DNA of 36,691 nucleotides from IMG/VR virus record IMGVR_UViG_3300029203_000014; one strand, written 5' to 3'. The notes beneath the pieces are model-generated. The model saw nothing but the letters and a program-made list of their open reading frames with translations, had not been told where the DNA came from and made no database searches. The stretch is from a virus. The first letter of the stretch is position 1. Each line of letters starts with the position of its first letter. Below, piece after piece: positions 6,513 through 13,953 of the stretch. The translations under genes and the position numbers were made by a program.

Positions 6513-6858
6513 CCCCGCCCCGGCGGGGCAGATATGCCGCCAAAGCTGCACGAGGCCGCGGCGGCCCCTGAATCCTCCCACAGTTGCTGCGTGGGCAAGT
6601 ACGGCAACACCACTGTGCAGGTAATGCACAACGCCCGGCACCGGCCACTACTCCCGGCTTGTGCCCGGCGGCCGCCTGTTAGCTTTTTAGCCCGGCTTTT
6701 TCCACCGGGTGCCAGGCCCCTGCGTGCAGATTGCCAAGCGCCGCGGGTGCGCCTGGGCAGGCGGGTTTTTATGGTGCGTGTGCAGCACCGGCATGGCCCA
6801 AGCAACCCATGCCGCCCGGATCAACACCGGGACGCACTGCCAAAGAATGGGTGGTTGA

Positions 6859-7104
6859 ATGATACCAATGACAATTTTTGATGCCAACTGCCTTTACGTT
6901 CTCCAATGTCTGGCCCTTGTGTTTGTTGCGGGCGGAATGCTGATCTGCCTGCTGCTGTGGTGCGGGCTGCACATCACCCGCGCCATGCACCTGCGGCGGC
7001 TGGGCCTGCCGCGGTGCGGGCGCTGCCGCTACTGGGCCACCGTGCAGTGCCCGCTGTATGGCCGCAACACGCCAAGCGACTTTTGCAGCCGCGGAGAAAA
7101 ATGA
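6859..7104 (+). CDS. Small membrane/Cys-rich protein (81 aa)
   Basis: GGGTGG SD; TM segment LALVFVAGGMLICLLLWCGL followed by CGRCRYW...C motif. Confidence 0.55.
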   Translation: MIPMTIFDANCLYVLQCLALVFVAGGMLICLLLWCGLHITRAMHLRRLGLPRCGRCRYWATVQCPLYGRNTPSDFCSRGEK

Positions 7105-7112
7105 GGTGACCA

Positions 7113-7310
7113 ATGGAACGAAGCTGTAAAAACTGCCAACAGCGCCGCGTGGGCTGCCATGCCAACTGCGAGCGTTACAAGGCCGACTGCGCCCAGGATG
7201 CCAAGCGCCGGACCTATGAAAAGCAGTTTGCCTATCTGGACAGCATGCCGCAAACCGCCACCGCCTTAAAAAAGACCCTTGCGCCCCGGCGGGTGGGCGG
7301 GCAGCAATAA
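7113..7310 (+). CDS. Small Cys-rich (zinc-ribbon-like) protein (65 aa)
   Basis: GAGGTGA SD; CKNC...C..NC...C pattern. Confidence 0.6.
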   Translation: MERSCKNCQQRRVGCHANCERYKADCAQDAKRRTYEKQFAYLDSMPQTATALKKTLAPRRVGGQQ

Positions 7311-7328
7311 AAGAAAGGATGAAATACG

Positions 7329-7625
7329 ATGACCAGAAAAAAGTGCATCAAGCTGATTATGGGAACCGTGGGGTTGCCGCAGCCGTGGGAGGCTGAAAAA
7401 GTTTTCCGAGCAACGCGGGAATGGATGTACGGTGAAACCGGGCCATGGCCGAGCAATCAGGAAGTACTGATGGCTATTCTGAGCACAATGGTAAAAGGCG
7501 TGGATATTGGCATGCCGTTTACAACTTGCTTTCTGGCAAAAGTCCGCCTGCTTATCATCAGGGCAAAACTCAAGCGCATCCACGACCGCCTGATGGGCGG
7601 CCCTGCAAAAGAAACCCAAGCATGA
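7329..7625 (+). CDS. Hypothetical protein (98 aa)
   Basis: AAAGGA SD; no recognisable domain. Confidence 0.6.
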   Translation: MTRKKCIKLIMGTVGLPQPWEAEKVFRATREWMYGETGPWPSNQEVLMAILSTMVKGVDIGMPFTTCFLAKVRLLIIRAKLKRIHDRLMGGPAKETQA

Positions 7626-7811
7626 ACCAAAGCCGCAGCCCTTAAACCAGGGCGGCGGCTTTCGCAAAACCGGGCACAGCTTACCTATTATATAGAGCAT
7701 GTGGCTGCGCAGCCGCAGCGAGCTGCCGCCAAACGGTCCGAGGGGGGGCCGTGTGGGCGGCTTGTATAGGGGTTATTTCAAGGTCCATTCTCCCCCAAAG
7801 AAAGAAAAGAA

Positions 7812-8663
7812 GTGAGCGGCATGAAAACTACCAGAAAGCAATACATCCGTGAGCAGAAAACAATCTGCGGCGATAGTTATGCCGAGGTAGATTTTTGCTG
7901 GATCACTGAGCGGGAACACCGGGCAGGCCCCCGCGGAAAAAAGCAATTTGCCAGCAGCCTTGCCCAGCAAAAGCGTAACCGGGAACGATCGGCGCGGCTG
8001 CTGGTACAACTGCTGAACACAAATTTTGACCAACGGGGCTTTGCCCTTACCCTGACCTATGAAGACACGTGGCTGCCGGACGATGACGAAGCGGCCTGGA
8101 AGGACGTGTACAACTACCTGAAACGGGTGCGCCGATGGCTGACCCGGAAAAACTGGCAGGATGCAACACCCATCAAGTGGGTGTGCGTGACGGAGAACCA
8201 GGAAGCTGACCCGGCCAACGGCCTGAAAGAGGTGCGGTACCATCACCACATGGTGCTGCAGGTGGACGGCCTGACCGCCGAACACCGCGCCGCCCTGCGT
8301 GATGCGCTGGAAGATCTGTGGTGCACCGGCCGCAGCCGGGAGCCGCTGGGGACCGTAAACGCCGACCGCCTGCAGCCTGAACATGACAGCTTGGAAGGGC
8401 TGGCCAAATACATGCTGAAATACCCCCGCCGCCGTAAAAGCTGGCACGCCAGCCGCGGTTTGAAGCGCCCCACCTATCCCCGCCCCAATGATACCCACTG
8501 GACCCCGCGCAAACTGGCCGATGCCTGCACCATGCGCGTGGACGATGCTGATTATTGGGAGCGGCGCTACCCCGGCTACAGGTTTTTGGGGGCTGTGCCC
8601 AGCTATAACGAGGAGCGGGCCGAATGGCGGCTATACATCAAGCTGCGCCGGAAACGCAGGTAA
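7812..8663 (+). CDS. HUH-superfamily rolling-circle replication initiator (Rep)
   Basis: 283 aa. Motif 1 FALTLTY, HUH motif RYHHHMVLQV, Tyr motif LAKYMLKYP (two Tyr, phiX174 A / P2 A style). Confidence 0.7.
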   Translation: MSGMKTTRKQYIREQKTICGDSYAEVDFCWITEREHRAGPRGKKQFASSLAQQKRNRERSARLLVQLLNTNFDQRGFALTLTYEDTWLPDDDEAAWKDVYNYLKRVRRWLTRKNWQDATPIKWVCVTENQEADPANGLKEVRYHHHMVLQVDGLTAEHRAALRDALEDLWCTGRSREPLGTVNADRLQPEHDSLEGLAKYMLKYPRRRKSWHASRGLKRPTYPRPNDTHWTPRKLADACTMRVDDADYWERRYPGYRFLGAVPSYNEERAEWRLYIKLRRKRR

Positions 8664-8720
8664 TACAACGTTATCCCCCGCCCCGGCGGGATAAAATAAA
8701 ACGATAGGGAGTAAACGCAA

Positions 8721-9083
8721 ATGGAAAACAAGCAAAAAGCGCTGGAAATGGCTGCGGCCATGCAGCAAAAAGAGAAAAGCGGCAGCCTGCTGTGGTGCGT
8801 GGCCGAGGATTTGAAGGCCACAATCCAGAGCATGAACGAAGAGGAGGCCAAAGTGATTGTGGCAGATCTTGAAGCCGGCACGCATGATCTGAAAACCTGC
8901 GAGAAAGCGATCCACGACTATGCCAACAAGCACAAAAGCGGCCGTTCCGCCTGCTGCCCCGGCCCTGCCGTGCCAGGGATCCTGCGTGCGCACTTCGGCC
9001 TGCCGGAAAGCGGCCAGAGCACCGCACCCGCCCTGGCAGAACGTCCCAAGCGCCAGCACCTGAACATCATGGACTTCATGTAA
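8721..9083 (+). CDS. PcfK-like protein (family that includes AcrIIA9-type Cas9 inhibitors)
   Basis: 120 aa. Pattern ...DLKTCEKAIHDYANKHKSG...GILRAHFGL resembles the PcfK family, and it sits directly upstream of a PcfJ-like gene as on pCF10. Confidence 0.45.
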   Translation: MENKQKALEMAAAMQQKEKSGSLLWCVAEDLKATIQSMNEEEAKVIVADLEAGTHDLKTCEKAIHDYANKHKSGRSACCPGPAVPGILRAHFGLPESGQSTAPALAERPKRQHLNIMDFM

Positions 9084-9095
9084 GGGGGCAACGCC

Positions 9096-10847
9096 ATGAG
9101 AACACTGGAAGAATATGTGGCCATGATACCAACCGCGCCGCCGGACGACATTGAACGCTATCTGGATGCCCTGGGCAGAAAGCCGTTTGCTGTAACAAGT
9201 TACCGGTGCATATCACGGGATGATGCCGAATTCCGCCTGGATTGCGAAGACTTCCGGGCTGATCTGCGCCCCAGTGCCGCCATACGCCCCGCCGCCCTGT
9301 GGTGCAGCGAGTGTGAAAGCTGGTATCTGGCGGAATACGTCCCGGCCTATGGCGTGCCCTGCAGCCCAAACCTGACATACCAGAACAACAGCGGCGTGCA
9401 GGTCGTGAACGTTGAGCAAGACGCCATTGACAAAAAGCGAAACGGCGAAACCATGGTATGCCCCCTGTGCGGTGCTCAAACGCAGCTGCGCAACGTGCAG
9501 GAGCTGCGGTACGGGCGGGCAGCCCAAGACTTTATCGTGGTGCCCACCGTTGCGGAAAACTGCCTAATATTAACGCAGTGGTGCATTGAGCGCCACATAT
9601 ACGAAGGTCACCGCCACACCGAGCGGAACGCTATTAACGCCTTTGTGGTTGATGGCCGGCGGATCATCAAGCTGGCGCACTACCAGTACAACGCTATGGC
9701 TGGCAGTTGGCGGAACCTGGGCACGTGGGTACAGCGCGCAAAACCGGTAGATGACATTGGCTGCCCGAAAATGTACGCCGCAAACCTGCCAGATTTGGGC
9801 GGCACCGGCGCAGAGAATGCCAAGCTGTGGGAGTACATGGAGCAATCAAACGCAGCAAAAACGTTTTACCCGGTGGCATACCTGCGGCTGTATTTTAAGC
9901 ACCCCAATGTTGAGAACCTGGTAACCGCAGGGCTGGGAAACCTGGTGGGCGATGGAATCGACGGTGAAATGGAACATCGCTACTATACCGGACTTGCCCC
10001 GCAAACAGCGGCTCCAAAGCTGGAGTGGGTGGACTGGAAAGAAAAACGCCCTGCCCAAATGCTAGGTATGACAAAGCAAGAATTGCGAACTTGGAGAGAG
10101 TACGGTCTGGGAGTTGACTGTCTGAGAACGTGGCAAGAGCTGGATACGCTGCCATGCGGCGTAAGCTTCCACGACCTTTGCGCCGCGATGAAAGCCATCG
10201 GAGCATACGACACGCGCCGGATTTTGCGCGAAAAACTGCCGATGATGCGGACCCTAAATTACATAGAGCACCAAGAGCAGGATCTTACGCAGCTTGAGGA
10301 TTATTGGCGCATGGCTGCCGTGGCCGGCTGTGACCTGAACCAGGACGCAGTGCGCTGGCCCAAAGACCTGCGCACCGCCCATGACCGGATGAGCGAAACA
10401 ATACAGTACGAGCGGGTAAGTGGCAAATGCCAGCAAGCGTTCGCCGCCATGACGGCCCGCTGCGCCGGGTTGACATGGGAACATGATGGGATTTGCATTC
10501 GCCCGGCGGAAACGCCGCTTGAGCTGATCCGGGAGGGCAGCACCCTGCACCATTGCGTTGGCAGATACTCAGATGCCCATGCACGGGGCAGAATTATCCT
10601 GTTTGTGAGGCATACCCGACGGCCAGAACGCAGCTGGTACACCCTGAACATTGACGTAACCAGCAAGAGAGAAATCCAGCTGCATGGATACGGAAACGAA
10701 TTTGCCCACGGCAAAAAGCTAAAAATACCCCGGCGGGTCCGGGAATTTGTGGATCTGTGGGAGCGCGAAGTGCTGGCTAAGTGGCAGCTGCCGCCAGAGC
10801 AGAAAGCCAAGAAAAAGAAAAACAAGGCCACCCAGGCAGTGGCATGA
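9096..10847 (+). CDS. PcfJ-like protein
   Basis: 583 aa. C-terminal LIREGSTLHHCVGRYSDAHARGRIILFVR...YTLNIDV...IQLHGYGN matches the PcfJ signature as remembered; N-terminal Cys pairs. Confidence 0.6.
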   Translation: MRTLEEYVAMIPTAPPDDIERYLDALGRKPFAVTSYRCISRDDAEFRLDCEDFRADLRPSAAIRPAALWCSECESWYLAEYVPAYGVPCSPNLTYQNNSGVQVVNVEQDAIDKKRNGETMVCPLCGAQTQLRNVQELRYGRAAQDFIVVPTVAENCLILTQWCIERHIYEGHRHTERNAINAFVVDGRRIIKLAHYQYNAMAGSWRNLGTWVQRAKPVDDIGCPKMYAANLPDLGGTGAENAKLWEYMEQSNAAKTFYPVAYLRLYFKHPNVENLVTAGLGNLVGDGIDGEMEHRYYTGLAPQTAAPKLEWVDWKEKRPAQMLGMTKQELRTWREYGLGVDCLRTWQELDTLPCGVSFHDLCAAMKAIGAYDTRRILREKLPMMRTLNYIEHQEQDLTQLEDYWRMAAVAGCDLNQDAVRWPKDLRTAHDRMSETIQYERVSGKCQQAFAAMTARCAGLTWEHDGICIRPAETPLELIREGSTLHHCVGRYSDAHARGRIILFVRHTRRPERSWYTLNIDVTSKREIQLHGYGNEFAHGKKLKIPRRVREFVDLWEREVLAKWQLPPEQKAKKKKNKATQAVA

Positions 10848-10862
10848 TAGGAAGGTGAAAGC

Positions 10863-11069
10863 ATGGACGAAATAGTGGTCCGCCTGAAATCAGGAAAAGA
10901 AATTATATACCCGCACCCCGCGACGGCAGAATGGAAGGCCATTCCCAATGCTGTAATAGTCATAACAAACGGCAGCCAGGCGGTTGATATATACAATGCC
11001 AACGAGGTTGTTTTTGTGATACATCGCGAAAAAGAGGCACCAAAAGTTGAGGAGGAACCGAAAAAATGA
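10863..11069 (+). CDS. Hypothetical protein (68 aa)
   Basis: AGGAAGGTGA SD; ATGA coupling to the next ORF. Confidence 0.6.
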   Translation: MDEIVVRLKSGKEIIYPHPATAEWKAIPNAVIVITNGSQAVDIYNANEVVFVIHREKEAPKVEEEPKK

Positions 11070-12007
11070 AATACGATAGCGAACAGATGACGTTTGTGGG
11101 TGCCGCCGCTACGGCGGAAGAATCTGCCGCTCTGCGCCTGCATTATGAGATCATGGCCGCAGCGCAGGCAGCGGCGGCCAGCCTGCTGGATCTGGCCCGC
11201 AAAATCAAACTAATGCGGGATACCGGTGGATACAAGGCCCTGGGCTTTGACACGCTGGAAGCCTACACACTGACCACCATGGGCATGAAGCAGCGCCAGG
11301 CGTATAACTACATTGCCATTGCCGAAAAACTGCCCGCGCAGCTGATAGAGCAGAACGCGGCCGCGGGCGTTACTAAGCTGGCCTTGCTGGCGCAATTGAG
11401 TGGGCAGGAGCAGCAACAGATTACAGCGGAAACCAATCTGACGGGAACGACAGTGGCCGAGCTGAAAGCGCAGATCAAAGAGCTGCAGGCCAAAAATGCC
11501 GGGTACGCCGAACAGCTCAGCCTGCTGCAGAATCAGCCGCCGGTGGCTGAGGTACAGGCCGAAGAAGTGGACATGGATGCCCTGCGTGCGGAGATTCGCG
11601 CCGAAATGAAGGCTGAAATGGAAAGCCAGCGCCGGGCCGACGCCAAAATGACCGAGCTGAACCAGAAAGAGCGCGATGAAGCCATAAAGGCCGCACAGAA
11701 AGCCAGGGCTGAACTGGAAGAGGCAAAACGTGCTGCTGCGGTGGCTGAACAGGCACGCGCTAAAGAACTGGATCAGGCGCGCCACCAGGCAGAAGAAACC
11801 GCTGCCCGGCTGAACATGGTCGCGGATGAATCCGCGGTGCGCTTCGGCTTGCTGTTTGACCAGTTGCAGGACACCGCCGGAAAAATATTTGACCTAGTTG
11901 ATACTTTGCAGCAGGGTGGCCTGACCGAAAAGGCGGAAAAATTCCAGACAGCGCTCCATAAGGCGCTGCTTGCCTTGGCCGATGAAGCGGAGGATGTACA
12001 GAAATGA
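11066..12007 (+). CDS. DUF3102/ParB-HTH-like DNA-binding protein with long coiled coil
   Basis: 313 aa; ...YKALGFDTLEAYTLTTMGMKQRQAYNYIAIAEKL... then an Ala/Glu/Lys/Gln-rich coiled coil. Confidence 0.4.
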   Translation: MKYDSEQMTFVGAAATAEESAALRLHYEIMAAAQAAAASLLDLARKIKLMRDTGGYKALGFDTLEAYTLTTMGMKQRQAYNYIAIAEKLPAQLIEQNAAAGVTKLALLAQLSGQEQQQITAETNLTGTTVAELKAQIKELQAKNAGYAEQLSLLQNQPPVAEVQAEEVDMDALRAEIRAEMKAEMESQRRADAKMTELNQKERDEAIKAAQKARAELEEAKRAAAVAEQARAKELDQARHQAEETAARLNMVADESAVRFGLLFDQLQDTAGKIFDLVDTLQQGGLTEKAEKFQTALHKALLALADEAEDVQK

Positions 12008-12102
12008 TGGCAGCATTTGAGGCGGGCGTGCGGCTGAGCATTTTCATGCTGGGCGCTGGGGTCGGCCTGCTCGGCAGCCGCGGCGAAAGGTGGGGTGACT
12101 GA
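12004..12102 (+). CDS. Tiny hydrophobic peptide (32 aa)
   Basis: ATGA overlap with the previous stop; MMAAFEAGVRLSIFMLGAGVGLLGSRGERWGD; its stop overlaps the next ATG. Confidence 0.35.
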   Translation: MMAAFEAGVRLSIFMLGAGVGLLGSRGERWGD

Positions 12103-12263
12103 TGGACATCCTGCTTTCGATCATCGGCAGCGCTGTTCTGGCCGTGCTGCTGGCAGCAGCCTATACCGCCGGGGTAGCCGCCGGGAAAGCTGCCGCGCAT
12201 GTGGATGATGAAGAATCAAAAATTTATATGCCGCACACACATGGCGGAGATCCTGACACCTGA
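12102..12263 (+). CDS. Small membrane peptide (53 aa)
   Basis: MDILLSIIGSAVLAVLLAAAYTAGVAAG TM helix followed by an acidic/His tail. Confidence 0.45.
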   Translation: MDILLSIIGSAVLAVLLAAAYTAGVAAGKAAAHVDDEESKIYMPHTHGGDPDT

Positions 12264-12306
12264 ACGCAGAGACAGCCATATTTCGGATTAAGGGAGGCAT
12301 ACACAC

Positions 12307-12786
12307 ATGGGTAAAAACAAACGTTTGCCGAATGATACCGTACTGGCAGCCCTGCAGCTGGTGCGCGGCCAGGCCAGGCGTAAGGCCGAGTATAAGCGCC
12401 AGGTTGACGAGATCATCCTGCGCAGCGGCGCAAATTTTGTGGATACCACAACCCGCTGCGGCGCACCCGTGCGTGTGTACCTGCCGTGCGCCAACGGCAG
12501 CGCCAGCGACATCACCGCCGACAAGGCCGAGGCGATCCAGCAGCTTGAGACACAGCGGGATGTGCAGATCATGCGAGCCATCGATGCCGCCGCGGATGAG
12601 ATCGGGGCGGACATCCAGAGCGCCACGGTACGGGCCGCGCTGCAAAAGGCTATTGCACTCAACTGCAAGGACTGCCGCACCTGGACATACGAGCGCCTGG
12701 AAGTGCCGGGAATTAGCCGGATAGAATTCTATCGCCGCCGCCGCAAATATTTGGAAAATGTTGCGCAACGCGTAGGAATTGGCTAA
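12307..12786 (+). CDS. Putative late-gene transcriptional regulator (sigma region-4-like C-terminus)
   Basis: 159 aa. AAGGGAGG SD. Last gene before the packaging/structural operon. C-terminal ...TYERLEVPGISRIEFYRRRRKYLENVAQRVGI looks like an HTH. Confidence 0.4.
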   Translation: MGKNKRLPNDTVLAALQLVRGQARRKAEYKRQVDEIILRSGANFVDTTTRCGAPVRVYLPCANGSASDITADKAEAIQQLETQRDVQIMRAIDAAADEIGADIQSATVRAALQKAIALNCKDCRTWTYERLEVPGISRIEFYRRRRKYLENVAQRVGIG

Positions 12787-12840
12787 AAGTTGATACTGTG
12801 CAAGATTTTTTAGTGCTAGAATTGATATCATAGAATATTG

Positions 12841-12874
12841 AGAGGACAGCCCACCGGCTGCCCTCTTTTGTTTT
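12841..12874 (+). terminator. Intrinsic terminator immediately upstream of the late operon
   Basis: AGAGGACAGCC/GGCTGCCCTCT 11-bp stem (one A-C mismatch), CACC loop, then TTTGTTTT; the first late ORF starts at 12887. Confidence 0.75.
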
Positions 12875-12886
12875 GGAGTGTAACCC

Positions 12887-13075
12887 ATGGCAGATAAAAA
12901 CAACAAAACAACCAACCCCTGCGCCCGCTGTATCTGGCGCATGTGCGGCAACGAACGAGTGATCTGTTCCCTGCCGCACTGTGTGAACCCGCAGCAGTGC
13001 GAGCGGCCCAAACATAAAATCGGCCCCGGCGGATGCTGGACCTATCAGCGACCGCTGAGAAAGGCTCCCCTATGA
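12887..13075 (+). CDS. Small Cys-rich protein (62 aa)
   Basis: GGAG SD; CARC...C...C..PHC....C pattern; ATGA coupling to HNH. Confidence 0.55.
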   Translation: MADKNNKTTNPCARCIWRMCGNERVICSLPHCVNPQQCERPKHKIGPGGCWTYQRPLRKAPL

Positions 13076-13422
13076 CTAACCCCCGGTATGCCAACGGAGC
13101 CCTGCGCAGAAAGCACCGGGCCCGGCTGAAAGCCATGGGCGCGCCGTGCGGAATCTGCGGCGGACGCCTTGGCCCGATCCATTACGATGAACCATCCGAT
13201 GCCGCGCACCCGCTCAGCTTTGTGGTGGATGAGATACGCCCCGTTGCCCGCTGGCGCGAGTTCGGGTACGCTTCCCCGCGGGCTGCGGCTGAAGATTGGG
13301 ACAACTTACAGGCTGCGCATTACTGGTGCAACGCGCAGAAAGGCTGCAAGCTTTCGCCCGCAAAACCCAATTCGGCGCAGCACACCCGCACACAAAGGCC
13401 TCCTGCAGACGGTAGCTGGTGA
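13072..13422 (+). CDS. HNH-family endonuclease (terminase-associated type), variant first motif
   Basis: CGICGG...VVDEIRPVA...NLQAAHYWCNAQKG; located just upstream of TerS as in cos-type HK97-like phages; start at 13072 rather than 13033. Confidence 0.7.
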   Translation: MTNPRYANGALRRKHRARLKAMGAPCGICGGRLGPIHYDEPSDAAHPLSFVVDEIRPVARWREFGYASPRAAAEDWDNLQAAHYWCNAQKGCKLSPAKPNSAQHTRTQRPPADGSW

Positions 13423-13542
13423 GGGGTGGGGAGGGTCCCCCGCCCCGGCCGGCGGGCGACCCCAAGCCGTCCAGCGCCGATTTACCCCCGCAAAAAATAA
13501 TTTGATGGGGGGTGGTATCAAAACAGGAAGGAGAAGCAAAAA

Positions 13543-13953
13543 GTGGCAGCAGATACTTCTAATCGCGCGCGCGCGGAGATCGCGAAAAGGTCTGCCGCAG
13601 AGCGCAGAAAACTGGCTAAATTTTTGGCCAAAAACGGATTGAATGACGAAAAAATCAAGTCGCTTGACCCGGTGATTTTGAATGTTTCGTGGATGAAATC
13701 CAAGCTGGACGATGCCAGGGAAACCATCGGTGAGGAAGGCATCACGGTGGAATATGACAATGGTGGTGGGCAGTCGGGCGTGAGAGAGAACCCGGCCTTC
13801 CGGGCTTATGAGGCATTGTGGAAAACGTACCTGTCTGGATTGGATATGCTGATTAAGCTCCTACCTGTGGAGGTGCCGCAAGAGCAAATATCCGACATTA
13901 AGCCGACAAGCGTACTCACTCTGGTGCAGAATCGGAGAAAACAGGACGCATGA
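13543..13953 (+). CDS. terS: Terminase small subunit (P27-like)
   Basis: 136 aa. AGGAAGGAGA SD plus GTG start. ...GGGQSGVRENPAFRAYEALWKTY... typical of P27-family TerS. ATGA coupling to TerL. Confidence 0.7.
   Translation: MAADTSNRARAEIAKRSAAERRKLAKFLAKNGLNDEKIKSLDPVILNVSWMKSKLDDARETIGEEGITVEYDNGGGQSGVRENPAFRAYEALWKTYLSGLDMLIKLLPVEVPQEQISDIKPTSVLTLVQNRRKQDA

Noticed and set aside
6513-6858. Known self-cleaving ribozyme or riboswitch in the GC-rich gap
   Set aside because: No hammerhead CUGAUGA...GAAA core is visible, and the AAGCGCC...GGG similarity to twister is superficial and lacks the required pairing scheme. The region is kept only as an unexplained structured region.
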